Of a stretch of 64,000 bases of DNA, positions 24,254 through 36,687 are shown in pieces; position 1 is the stretch's first letter, and each line of letters begins with the position of its first letter. The DNA lies in NCBI GenBank assembly GCA_965112155.1, contig OZ218102.1; one strand, written 5' to 3'. Source of the stretch: Podarcis liolepis (Eukaryota). The translations under genes and the position numbers were made by a program. Under the pieces are notes generated by a model. The model was not told where the DNA came from. It made no database searches and saw only the letters and a program-made list of their open reading frames with translations.

Positions 24254-25093
24254 TTGGAGGATGGATGGTGGCTAATGGATTGAGGCTGAATCCTGACAAG
24301 ACAGAAGTACTGTTTTGAGGGGGCAGGGGGCGGGCTGGTGTGGAGAACTCCCTGGTCCTGAATGGGGTAACTGTGCCCCTGAAGGACAAGGTGTGCAGCC
24401 TGGGAGTCATTTTGGACTCACAGCTGTCCATGGAGGCGCAGGTCAATGCTGTATCCAGGGCAGCTGTCTACCAGCTCCACCTGGTACGCAGGCTGAGACC
24501 CTACCTGCCCGCGGACTGTCTGGCCAGAGTGGTGCATGCTCTAGTTATCTCCTGCTTGGACTACTGCAATGCGCTCTACATGGGGCTACCTTTAAGGTGA
24601 CCCGGAAACTACAACTAATCCAGAATGCGGCAGCTAGACTGGGGGCGGCCACCGAGACCTCATAACACCGGTCTTGAAAGACCTACTTTGGCTCCCAGTA
24701 CGTTTCTGAGCACAATTCAAAGTGTTGGTGCTGACCTTTAAAGCCCTAAACGGCCTCTGTCCAGTATATCTGAAGGAGCGTCTCCACCCCCATCGTTCTG
24801 CCCGGACGCTGAGGTCCAGCGCCGAGGGCCTTCTGGCGGTTCCCTCATTGCGAGAAGCAAAGCTACAGGGAACCAGGCAGAGGGCCTTCTCGGTAGTGGC
24901 GCCCGCCCTGAGGAACACCCTTCCATCAGATGTCAAAGAGATAAACAACTACCTGACATTCAGAAGACATCTTAAGGCACCTTAAGGCAGGGAATTTTTT
25001 AATGTGTGACATCTTAGTTTATTTTTGATCTTTGTGGAAGCCGCCCAGAGTGGCTGGGGAAACCCAGCCACATGGGCAGGGTACAAATAATAA

Positions 25094-25143
<50 letters not shown>
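24254..25143 (+). mobile_element. L2-clade LINE 3' fragment (frameshifted RT C-terminus) with (ATT)n tail
   Basis: [73 protein letters not shown]. Microsatellite at about 25094-25143. Confidence 0.9.
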
Positions 25144-25144
<1 letters not shown>

Positions 25145-26185
25145 TACCATAATCTGTATCCCGCCCATTCTCTGCTGCTCTCCAGATAAGTCAATACTGT
25201 ATTGTTGAAACTTAAACTTTGGCATTTACCCATAGTCATCTTTGATTTAAGGGGGTGGGGGGGAACCCTTATATCAGGCCTATTTAAAAGTAGGGGAGTT
25301 CTTTCAAACAAAAGTCGTTGATAGAAAGTAAGGCAGCATTCAGAAAAGTATCCATAAATCAGGTTGCCATGCATTGTGAGATCCTAATGGGTTTAGCAGA
25401 GGAACTTAATGTTCCAGCGATGACTGTTGTTGTTGGTTGTTGTTAAGTTATGAAAAATTGATATGTGCCAACGAAATGCGGGAGAGAAAAAAAAGCAAAT
25501 GTAGTATAGATTTTCAGGAGAGGGAATAAAGGAATGATTGGTGCAGCCATCACAGTAGTGGAATAATGGAACAGAAATTTAAGGAGCACAGCCTCTTGAG
25601 GGTATAAGCAAATGGTGATCAATCAGCATTATGGGATTATAAAGGATAAATCTTTTCAGGCAGATATAATGTATTTTTGGAGTAGAAATGCAGATTTTAC
25701 AGATGACAGGAATGGAGTAGCTATTATCATCACATCTAGGTATATTGGTATGTGCCGCACAAATATTAATCATTTTTTTAGTGTGGTTGCCCAGAATTTT
25801 TCTCCCCTCGAGAGCTCATTTAGAAAAAAACACTAAGATGTGCGCTTAAAATTGCATCCAAAGTTCTGATCCTCTGACTTGAAGCTGAAATTGAATCAAC
25901 ACTCCGCCCACCTTTTTGTTTGCTATTGCCATGTATGCTGGAAACCAACTGAGCAAAACTGTTGACTAGGGAATTTCATGAAAATTGCTCCTGGTTATAT
26001 TTTGGAATACTAAATGCCCTGCTTTGCACATCACAGCCAACCAAACTATGGCTTCCCGAGACCACAACTTGCGGGGCTTGCAACTGTTTTGTTCCTCCTC
26101 TTTGACTCCAGAGTCATGCTGAGTAAGTCCAGGTTAGCAAGGAATCTGAACCTGGGCTAGTGGTTAAACTCTGTCCTCACTAAGC

Positions 26186-26371
26186 NNNNNNNNNNNNNNN
26201 NNNNNNNNNNNNNNNNNNNNNNNNNNNNNNNNNNNNNNNNNNNNNNNNNNNNNNNNNNNNNNNNNNNNNNNNNNNNNNNNNNNNNNNNNNNNNNNNNNNN
26301 NNNNNNNNNNNNNNNNNNNNNNNNNNNNNNNNNNNNNNNNNNNNNNNNNNNNNNNNNNNNNNNNNNNNNNN
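26186..26371. other. Assembly gap (N run)
   Basis: Run of n. Confidence 1.
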
Positions 26372-27769
26372 AATACAAATACAATGTGAAATAAATATGT
26401 TCCATACTATTAAAAGTACTACATTTTCCCAGTGTAATAAAAGGGTAAGAAAATATAGGCCTTAAAATAATGTTGAAGGGAAAGTTGGTATAATACCATG
26501 TGCTCAACCTCAAACACTGGCCTGCTTGGAATTATCCAAGGTGACAGAGGTGTTGGAGTAACTACATTTCCAGTTATTTTAGTTATCTTGTACTGACGAT
26601 GCAAAATTTGTGAGATACAATATGCCAGAGTGTTTGCATCTGAATATGGGACACAGAAGTCAAACCCTTGATCAGGGTCAAATTTCACTTTTGTAGATAA
26701 ACTTGAATATAGAAAGTGTGAGAAATTTATCTTTTGTAAGCACTTGTATCACTTATTGGCTGGCTGTGGTTCCCCTGTTGCATATTTGTGCAAAATCAAA
26801 CCCAGATTACCGTAGATGTTTCCCAAAAGCCTTCAAGATGAAGCTTACCAGGCAGCCTTGGGCAGGTCACTGTATAACTATCTAACTTACCATATAGTCC
26901 AGTCGGCAGTTCCATACTCGTATTATGGAGATGGGAATAAATTGCATGGGCCTCCAAGTATTCTTCTCAGAAGGGTGTGTTGTACTTGAACTTGTGGATT
27001 TCAAAGCTGCATGGTCTAAGCTTTCCTTTTCCAATGGCTTTGCCCGTTGAGGACTGAACCTACAAAACCAAAATATGTGTGCAAAACTGAAAAGATTGAG
27101 CAACACTAACAGTATGAATACTTAAATTTGATTCCATCCTTGCTAGTTTGGGAAGATTTCCTATACAAATAGCGTGTATTCAGATCAGTATTTTTACATG
27201 GTTCTTCTTGAGCAGACTGAAGCTGAAAAGTTGCAATCTGTTCCTCTGATTTCTAAATCATCTCTTTTTCTCTAGCTTCATTTGCAGTTCTAAGTTCACC
27301 AACTCTTCACTTTCAATAGTAAAACTGTCGTCTTCTTAGCTGTAATGTAAATGACACTGTGGAGTTGGAAATTTTGCTTTCAGCCAACCAACCAACCAAC
27401 CAAACAATGGAGCAAACACAATAAAATTTGTTGCGCGGTTGATTGCTCTGATGGAAATGTGACTTAATTTTGTCCCAGACTCACTGAATAAGTGAAGATG
27501 AAAAATAGACATTGAGACTATCTCACTCCACCATTTGAACACTGGAGTACCAAACCATATGAGGAGTTACATCATGCAGCAAACATTTTAAAGTTGGGTA
27601 ATAACTAGCAGTTATTCCTGAGTTAGGGAGAATGGATTCAAGTCCTGGACAAGCTGTCTTGTTACCATGGGAAAGTGTGGCCTTTTAAAGAAGAATAGTT
27701 AAAGTAATAATACAGGAAGAAAGAGCAGTAGTTGTATAAGGGTCAAAATGTATGGCATAATGTGTAGTA

Positions 27770-27995
27770 GAAGATCCTGGAAAGACAGGCTGGTTAGCTT
27801 TTAACATCTGTCCCAGCAAAGTATTGTTAATGATAAAATACCTAAGCAGATAGAAGAACAAGCCTTTGCTGGACCAGACCAGCATGGCTTCTTCAAGCAT
27901 AAGTCCTGTTTCAGCAACCTATTAGAGTTCTTTGAGAGAGACAACACGCATATAGATGGTGTTGGACTTTCAATAAGTTTCCAACAAGGTATCAC
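27770..27995 (+). mobile_element. Old CR1 LINE RT fragment
   Basis: CAGCATGGCTTC..AAGTCCTGTTTCAGCAACCTATTAGAGTTCTTTGAG translates to QHGF..KSC.SNLLEFFE, followed by a degenerate LDF.K.F motif. Confidence 0.7.
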
Positions 27996-29388
27996 AGGTT
28001 AGCCACCCCTGGTTTGCACAAAGTAGCAGTGGTGCTCCAATGTTTTGATTAGGCGTGTTTCTCAACTGTACATGGAGTTGACAGGTGTCTGAGACTTCCT
28101 GTGTGCAAATCTAAATGTTACTACCCCCGAAAAAAAAATAAAAGCAGGTGTTTAGAGGGAAGGGGTTATTGGTTTTTCACGGACAATAGCAAATGTAATG
28201 CTTAGATATTCTCCCTGAAAAGAGTATATTTCTGTCAAGTGAAGCTTGCGGCAGCTTTGGGTTTTCTTTGTCCTATTGCATATAATGTAGCTTCTTATTC
28301 ATACAAGTCCCAGACGAATTCTGTTTGGACAGTAGAGCTGGGATCTTAAAAGGAATTTGCTAGCACAAATAAATTGCAAAAAGAACTCAACTAGGTGTAT
28401 ATTTTGGTTGTAAAGGAAAGCATTTCATTTTTTCCCCTGCACAGACAGAAAAGGCTTAGCTCAAACTGTGTTTAGTTCAAACATTTAAAAGCATCCTCTC
28501 TAATCCTCTCTACAATCTGAATGGTGTTTTTTTCCAAAAAAAAATAATAATAATCTGCCAACAGATGCAATGGAAAGCTAGAGAAAATGCTGCCAAACCT
28601 AAATATGCTCATATGAGGATCATGGAGCACTCTACTTTTTCTGGAATACATTATTTTACTTGTTTTGGAATACTGTAGATGAATGCAAAAGGAAGGTTGG
28701 TGATCTGGTCAATGTGGTTCAGATTGGGAGCCGACAACAGGATTATGTGCTCTCTTGCCCCAGCCCTTTAGCTCCCTAAAACAGATTCCTCCTGTCCTTT
28801 TCCCAACCATCTCGATATGGTTAGATTTATCGCACTATAATTGTTAACTGGTGAATGGTGAACATCATTCCTTCTTAACCAGGATTTGAAACTAGTGTTT
28901 GAAGTTGGTTAGCAAACTCTGGTTAAGAGAACCTGATAACCATTTACAACTGTGAATATTCATGCCAGTGTAAGACTTAATTATGGTTAAGGCTAAAGTG
29001 GAAAGGATAGGGTAAAGTTGTGCATGAGATCAGTGTTACATGGATAAATCAAGCAATGAAGCATAGATTGCCCTCTTCAGTTTGTTTATTTACTCAGTTT
29101 TATATCCTACCCATCATCAGTTTCATTGATTTCCCCAAACAGGTTGTTAATCATTTACCTGATTACCTTCAGCTGTTCTGGTAGGATTCAAATCTAAGTA
29201 ATATACACACAAACACATTTTTTGAGCAAAGAGTTGATCATCAGCTTTCAATTTAGATATGTACAAATCCAAATGGATCTGGGAGTTCCTGCCTAGCATT
29301 TACCACAGAAGTAGGAAATATTTTGGGGTATATGGGACAGATGGTATCAAAATTGGTGTGGGCCAGGTTTGACAGATGCGTGGTCAAT

Positions 29389-29774
29389 AGGTAAATGTAA
29401 AGGTAAAGGACCCCTGGATGGTTAGGTCCAGTCAAAGGTGACTATGGGGTTGCAGCACTCATCTCGCTTAAGGGCGAGGGGGCCAGCATTTGTCCGCAGA
29501 CAGCTTTCCGGGTCATGTGGCCAGCACGACTAAATGGCTTCTGGCACAACGGGACACTGTGATGAGTGCCAGAGTGCATGGAAACACAATTTATCTTCCC
29601 GCCGCAGTGGTACCTATTTATCTACTTACACTGGCGTGCTTTCGAACTGCTGGGTTGGCAGGAGCTGGGACAGAGCAATGAGAGCTCACCCTGTTGCACG
29701 GACTGGAACTGCTGACCTTCTGATCAGCAAGCCCAAGAGGCTCAGTGGTTTAGACCACAGCTCCACCCGCTCCC
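29389..29774 (-). mobile_element. Sauria SINE, near full length
   Basis: AAAGGT tail at left, TTTATCTACTTAC and TTCGAACTGCT motifs, head GGGAGCGGGTGG on the minus strand. Confidence 0.9.
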
Positions 29775-30919
29775 TCTTATAATGTGACGTCATAGCAACA
29801 TCACATGATTGACCGGAGGGACCCCCTGCTGGGTTAACAAGTGCTGCCTGTTGTTGTGGGAAGAGACAAAATCCCACATTTTTAAAAAACCAGGATCAAA
29901 CTTTAGTGCACTTGTTGTTTAGTGCACAAATTGCATACTATATCCCCCCCCCCCATTAGATACTAACATTTATGTTTATGTTGAAGATGGAGGCATTTTT
30001 CTCGGGTTCCCCTATCTGCAAAAGGAATTTTTTACACTCTGATGCTTAATACAGCTGTCCCTTCAGTCAGTCTAATGTGAATGTGAAATCTACATTGGCC
30101 AGTACACTGATTTGCATTACAAATGTCCTCCAGTTTTCACTCCACAGTAACAATGATCAGGCATTTACATAACTGGCCCATGAGAGGCTCAAAGGCAATT
30201 TAAGACTCACCTGTGAAAATACCCAAAGTTTGACATTTTGTACATTCTAGGTGTGCTTCAAATGCATGATCTCCCTGGTCCCTGCCATGACCTTCAACAA
30301 TGCTGAAATTCCAGCATAGTTGTTATATGAGGCTAGCTGGAAAAGAAATTATTTAAGGCCCATGGGGAAATAAGGTTGCCACCTGTTTAGAATTTGATAT
30401 GGGCTGATCTTAGTTTAGGAAATGTGTACCCAATGAATGTTATGATAGATAGACCCAGTCTGTATTTTCTGGGTTCAAACAGATTTCAGTCCGTCATGGA
30501 TTGTGTTGCAAGGAAGGGCAAAGGAACAATTAATGAACTAAGGGTAACTTCATTTAGAAAACAATACAATAACAATACAAATGTTATTGGTTTTCCAGGT
30601 AAAGACAAATCCAAAGGAATGAACTTCAAATATAAAATTACCCACCCCCATCTCAGAGAGTACAGAGACAGCAGTAGATGAAAATACATGAACTACAGAG
30701 TTAAAGTTATGCCACAGATATAGGATAATCTCATTTTAAAAATAAAATGCATATTTTTGCTCCCCACCCCCAAGACCATGCTGTTTCTACCCCCCCCCCA
30801 TTACTACTTGGGTGTTAGTTCCCAGTTTAACAACTTCATCTTCAATCCTTAAACCAACATGAGCAGATAAAGCGGCTGAGCCATTTTTGTGTTGATCAAT
30901 CTTCTTTGCCTCAAAATAC

Positions 30920-31347
30920 ATAGCTCAGTTGGTTAGAGCATGGTGCTGATTACACCAAGGTTGTAATTACACACACACACAAGTTTTCCAAATTTTAACA
31001 CATTGATCCAAATTATTTAAATTTCATACATTTTTTTTAAAAAAAGGTTTCCCGCTCCTGTCTATTGCTTCCATTGCATCTATTTCTCATGTGTAGCCTT
31101 TCCAGCACTCTGTTCCCAGACCTGGTTTGTAGAGATAATTTATTGCCATCATCCTTTGTCCATTCACATTCCACTCCTTTGAAAAATTCATTCCATTCTT
31201 CAAGGACTTGCTGGGCTATAAATAACTATATTTATAGCCAAGGTTGCAGGTTTGATCCCTGTATGGGACAGCTGCACATTCCTTTGTTGCAGGGGGTTGG
31301 ACTAGATGATCCTCAGGGTCCCTTCCAACTCTACAATTCTATGATCT
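30920..31347 (+). mobile_element. tRNA-Ile-like SINE with CR1-type tail, split by a ~274-bp insertion
   Basis: TAGCTCAGTTGGTTAGAGCATGGTGCTGATTACACCAAGGTTG | CAGGTTTGATCCC..GCAGGGGGTTGGACTAGATGA..ATTCTATGAT. CCAAGGTTG is duplicated at 30955-30963 and 31238-31246. Confidence 0.75.
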
Positions 31348-31469
31348 TATGCACTTGTAGAGAGAATTGTTCTGTGATTGATATTTGGATCAGTTGCTAT
31401 CTTCAGCAAAGACTTCCTCAAATAATATCATATGGGTCCATAGATCTAATCAGAAGAACAGGCAACCAG

Positions 31470-31638
31470 CAGTGGCGTAGCGTGGGGGGTGCAGGGGGGG
31501 CCGGCCGCACCGGGCGCAACATCTGGGGGTTAGGGTTAGGGGGTGCAAATCCACGGGTTAGGGGGCGCAAATCCACAGGTTAGGGGGCGCAAATTACTTG
31601 CCGTGCCCCGGGTGCTGACAACCCACGCTACGCCACTG
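31470..31638. mobile_element. Young hAT MITE with internal TTAGGG-containing repeats
   Basis: Perfect 17-bp TIR CAGTGGCGTAGCGTGGG / CCCACGCTACGCCACTG. Exact 8-bp TSD GCAACCAG at 31462-31469 and 31639-31646. Confidence 0.92.
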
Positions 31639-32982
31639 GCAACCAGAATGCTGTTGCCTATAATATGGACCCTTAGGTTCATATTGAAGGCTTTAGCAGA
31701 TTTAGATGACTGCCATCACTTTCCCCATTACTGCAGACATAGGCAGCAGTTTAAAGAAAAAAGTGTTGCTAGCATTCATGGCAGTGGCCTGTATCCAGCG
31801 AAGCAGTTCTGTTAGCACAAGGACTTCTGGCTGTGCAACAGAGCTTCCCTTCCTTCCCCAATCTCTGCGCCCTCCCCAAATCTGCTTTGAGGGCTTGGGT
31901 GGGAAACTCAGAACAGATTTATGGGGTGCATGTTGGGAGGAGAAGGAAGGAGAATTCCATTGCATAGGCAGAAGTCCTTGCGCTAATGAAACTACTTCAT
32001 TGAATAAGGCCCAGAATGTTAAAAGCAGCAGCATCCAGGGAGCATTCAAGTTGCTCCCTAGAAAATCCATGCTACAGATGCCAGTAACTTGGAATATGAT
32101 CTCTGAGATCATGGAACTCACCTCATGGGCTGTGTGCTTTGTAGAGAAAGTCCCAGAAAGGAGGGGGGGGGACTTGATGGGAATGAGGGGAAATCTGAGT
32201 AGTATTACTTCAAGTCTAGTCCACCCACATGCTTGTGCTGTGGTTGTAATAGTTTCTTACTGCTCATTTTGCCCCATTGATGAAGTGACTCATGAGATTG
32301 CATGTGCTTATCAAGTCGAAAGCTGACAATTTATGGGTAAGCATTTTATTATGGTGCATGTTGTCCTGCTCCAAAATGGGAACCACAGAATTCCATTGGT
32401 GCTCTGTGGGGAAAGAGAGATTGTAATGTCCTTGAATGCTGTTACAGTGGAGGTCAAATGATCTTTTGAAAGGCTGCGGAATAAGAAAGCAACTTCAGAT
32501 TTTGTTAAATGGAGAGAAATGGAGCACAATTAGAGTCATTTCTAAAGACTTTCTATTAGGGCTATTAGAGAGCAGTGACACTTGGACATGCAGGCCAAAT
32601 TAGAAAATGTACTCCAAATTCTAAAATTATAGGCTTCCTAATTATTTAAAGAATGAGGAAGCCTGCATGATTACTGTGTACAGCAGTCTCCATTTCATGG
32701 AAGGAATTACCGGTACACCTGTCACTGACCCTCACGGAGCATTATACCCCATAGACCTTTGGCAAAGACCTTTTTGGTGGCTCAGTTCCCTTTGGGCTTC
32801 TTACATCATGGACAAGAACAAAGTGGTCTTTTACAATTAATGTTTTATTCAGTTGGATCAGGAGTAAGGTGTTCCTAGTGTTATGTGTTCTTTTAGAAGG
32901 AAGCTGCCTTATACTGATTAAGACCATTGACTCATGTATCTCAGTGTTGTTTTCACTGACTGACAGTGGCTCTCCAGGTCTC

Positions 32983-33224
32983 CTAGAAGGCGCACCAGCT
33001 TGCCCCCATGATTGAGGGGCCCGGCACATGCAATGTGCTTGACAGCCATGCATGCTGTTGTCATGCACACACGCCGTACGACAGACTGATGTGTTGCGCA
33101 TACAGCGCATGATGTGTACATGTGGTGAGCACACATCACCATGGAATTTTGAGGGGCCCAGCCCCCTCCTTGAAAATGGGGGCGGGGCCCTTGGCCCCCT
33201 AGCTCTCTGTAGGTGCCGCCCCTG
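32983..33224. mobile_element. Probable hAT MITE nested in a Squam2-like SINE
   Basis: GC-rich block ending GCCGCCCCTG. The flanks rejoin into the reverse-strand SINE (GACAGTGGCTCTCCAGG / CCCTAACTGGAGATGCCA). Confidence 0.45.
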
Positions 33225-33560
33225 TATCCTCTCCCTAACTGGAGATGCCAAAGAGTGAACATTGGATGTTCTACATGAAAATCAGACCCAAATCTGCAAA
33301 GTCAAAAACTGTCGCTGTTCGTACAAATCTCACCCATCCCCTCTTACGTTTTCGCCAAACCTCTCTCTCACACGAATGGCTCCCATATGCCTTGTTGCCA
33401 TATTATCAAAGGGCAGCTCCCATGAATAGGTATCATCCTGACCCTTATAACTATTGTGCAATCTAAATTAATGCAGAGGGGAATAATAGTTGAGCTACAG
33501 GTGTGCAATGGGATGAGTTGTACAAGAACCTGCAGAATTGAGGTGTCACTTTTTAAAGCA

Positions 33561-33563
<3 letters not shown>

Positions 33564-33605
<42 letters not shown>
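33564..33605. repeat. (AT)n microsatellite
   Basis: About 20 units. Confidence 0.97.
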
Positions 33606-33607
<2 letters not shown>

Positions 33608-34120
33608 ATCTCAATCTGTTCAGTAGGGCAAATCCTAAAGCACCAGTTTCGCGTAGACAATAAAATATTCATATTCCTTTCAAACATTTATTTGTGCAAC
33701 ATTAATAAATTAGAAGACAGGAATATGACCTTGCCTCTCTCTGTTAATAAGGAGGACAGTTGTCTGACATAACAGAACCTCTAATATATCTGTAACAATG
33801 AATTTTAAGAATGTAGTACTCAGAGCTATACTTAGGTGGGAGGATGGGTTATCATATCTTATTCTCTTTCTGTGCTTCTTTTGAGGTCTGTTCCAAGAGA
33901 ATAAAGTTTAGCCCTTGTGTTCCCCACATTCCTGTGGCATTTGCATAACCTAGTGAAGTGATTTGGGGGCAGGGGGAAATAGACTTCCACTGACAAGCAA
34001 GATCGTTTCCTCTTCAGCCACCATTGTCTGCTTGTTCGCCAGCCATTTTGCCAGAAGACTGTGGCCAAAGCATTTCACAATTCATCCCAATGACTGGAGT
34101 TCTCCACCATCAACCTACAA

Positions 34121-34250
34121 TAGGGGTAGCCAACAGGAAGTGTTGCTGGACTCCAGCTCCCATCAGCCCCAGTCAGCATTGCCAGTGGGCAAGGATAATG
34201 GGAGTTGTAGTTCAGCAAAAGCTGGATGGCCTCACTTTGGCTACCCTTGA
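34121..34250. mobile_element. Old ~130-bp hAT-type MITE (GGACTACAACTCCCA family)
   Basis: Ends TAGGGGTAGCCAA / TTGGCTACCCTTG with an internal palindrome. Relatives at about 37880, 40290, 47670, 52346 and 55408, and around the copia insertion. Confidence 0.65.
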
Positions 34251-34475
34251 CCTATAGAAATAGCAGCCTTCCTCCCAGCTTTCGCCTGGGGGTGTTTTGT
34301 TCCCTTCCCATTTACAGGTAGGCCAGCAAAGAACTTAGATGTGAACAATGATAAAATACACAATATTGCATGTACTGTTCCTGCAACCCTGGATCTGACC
34401 CATTGTGTATATGGGCTTTGGGTGCCCTAATTCCAAATATCTAAGCAGTCCTTGAAGCCAGAGGCCAGGCAGTTA

Positions 34476-34895
34476 CATTATTGTCACTTAGTCGTGTCCG
34501 ACTGTCCGTGACCCCATGGACCAGAGCACCCCAGGCACTCCTGTCTTCCACTGCCTCCCGCAGTTTGGTCAAACTCATGTTTGTAGCTTCAAGAACACTG
34601 TCCAACCATCTCGTTTCTGTCGTCACCTTCTCCTTGTGCCCTCAATCTTTCCCAACATCAGGCTCTTTTCCAGGGAGTCTTCTCTTCTCATGAGGTGGCC
34701 AAAGTATTGGAGCCTCAGCTTCAGGATCTGTCCTTCCAGTGAGCACTCAGGGCTGATTTCCTTAAGAATGGATAGGTTTGATCTTCTTGCTGTCCATGGG
34801 ACTCTCAAGAGTCTCCTCCAGCACCATAATTCAAAAGCAGGAACTGGCAAGCCACTCCAGTATCCCTGGCAAGAAAACTCCATGGACAGAAACAA
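34476..34895 (-). mobile_element. Bov-B 3' fragment joined to an inverted Bov-A/Bov-B-5'-like piece
   Basis: Minus strand encodes FELWCWRRLLRVPWTARRSN..YFGHLMRR up to about 34838, then plus-strand GGAACTGGCAAGCCACTCCAGTATCCCTGGCAAGAAAACTCCATGGACAG. Flanks CAGGCAGTTA / CAGGAAGTTA. Confidence 0.85.
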
Positions 34896-35496
34896 CAGGA
34901 AGTTATAGTTCTTCCCAAAAAGACCCAAGCAGGGCCTGCCCCACCGTTCCCCCCTGGGCCCACACTAAAAGCTGCTTGTAGATAGATTATGCCTGGCTAT
35001 GAAGTTTTAGGGAGATCAGGGCAGGGGAAGTGAAATTGCACCTACTGTGAAATAGAGACCTCCCCATGAAGTCCTGTCAAAAGCCCAAACCTCTACATCA
35101 TTATTACCCATGTTTCCTGGAAGGTGTATTGTTGGTGCTTATGGTGGCAGCAAGGAATTATCTCATTGCTGAGATTTGGTGTTAGTAGGCAAATATTAAA
35201 ATACTAAAATAGGCAAATACTAATTTATTTATTTTTAAATCATTTTCCTTGTTGGGGTGTGTGTCCATGCTTGCTTACACACTGGTAGAAGTATTTATTT
35301 AATGCTTAACCTTGGATTGCTGGTATCATTTAAATGCCTGTAATTGCAACTTCTGGAGCTGAGATAATTAATTGGTAGCTAAATGACTGATAAGTGATAA
35401 TATAAAGAAGGAAAATATGAAGAAGGAAAAGGGAACTGATGGCTGTTAAGTATTCATGACTGGGCAGCGATGATACAGATCACTTAATTTCTAAAG

Positions 35497-36356
35497 CAGT
35501 GTTTCCCAACCGGTGTTCCGCGGCACACGAGTGTGCCGTGAGACATCGGCTGGTGTGCCGCGAGATGCCTGGAGGGAGGCGGGCGAGTCGGGCGGCGAGA
35601 GGCGGGGCGGCGGCGGCGAGGAGAGGCCGCGCCTCCTGCTGCTGCCTGGCGCTCCTCCTCGCAGCCGGCAGCGCTGCCTGGGCGCCTCCGCGCGACTCTG
35701 CCTCGCTGGGTTTGGTCTCCCAGCAGAGACGGGTCACACGCGCACCTCCCTCCCTCCCTCAGCCTGCGCGGAGGAAGAGCCAGAGAGAGCCATCGCTCCT
35801 GCGTGGCGGGAGAGGGAGCAGCCGGAGCGATGCCCCTTGAAATCTTCGCCCTGCCTTCTTCTGGAGCGACGGAGAGCCTCTTAAAACTCGTCCGTCCGCT
35901 TCTCTCCCTGCCAAGAGGCGTCCAGCAAGCCGGCTTTGCCAGCGGAGCCAGCCTTGGAACAGACCCATCCGTCAAGCGGGGATTGTGCGTCCTCCTGGAC
36001 AGAGTGTAAGCAACCGGGTTTAATTTGGGTTACGCGGAACTCCAGCGCTCAGGGCGGGAGTTTAGGAAATCCAATCGGGTGGCGCCGCTCTTCCTTGGGA
36101 CCCCATGGGGAAACACTGGGGACCTACTTCTAAGCAAACGGGTCTACACGTCTCTCTGCCCCCCCCTTTAACCTTTAGCTTCAAAGCCAGAGCAAACCGA
36201 GGCTAAATCCGTATTTACATAGGATAGCTTTCGTGCGTCCCTCCGGCGTGACGCTGCGCGCTGACGTCACGGGGCGGGGCTTTAATGGTGGTGTGCCGCG
36301 AGATTTTTTTTCAGTAAACAGGTGTGCCGTTGCCCAAAAAAGTTTGGGAAACACTG
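35497..36356. mobile_element. Young non-autonomous hAT (Charlie/Buster-like) element, GC/CpG-rich, 860 bp
   Basis: Perfect 13-bp TIR CAGTGTTTCCCAA / TTGGGAAACACTG. Exact 8-bp TSD TTCTAAAG at 35489-35496 and 36357-36364. Subterminal GTGTGCCG repeats at both ends. No transposase ORF. Confidence 0.93.
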
Positions 36357-36644
36357 TTCTAAAGGACTGTTTTCCGCCCTCAGATCTGTGCAACTTATTT
36401 TATTACAAAGTGCTCCTCTACACATTATTCCACAATCGGCCATGGTGATTGGGGCCAGCTAAAGACAGACACTGTCCTGGAGCAGAGTTCAAAAAGAAAG
36501 GCGTTTTCTGAATCCAATCCCATGCCATTTATAACACTTGAACTTCCTTTTAGGATCCCTTGAGTATTATTGCAATGTGGGTGCTTCAAAAGAAGAAAAG
36601 TAGGTTCGGAATCCTTGTCAGATGACTGATCTAAATTTGACAGC

Positions 36645-36645
<1 letters not shown>

Positions 36646-36687
<42 letters not shown>

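Noticed and set aside
31525-31595. Interstitial telomere or chromosome fusion scar
   Set aside because: Only four TTAGGG units, all inside a MITE.
35497-36356. GC-rich block as the native promoter or first exon of a host gene
   Set aside because: Bounded exactly by TIRs and an 8-bp TSD. Its ORFs are GC-driven low-complexity frames.
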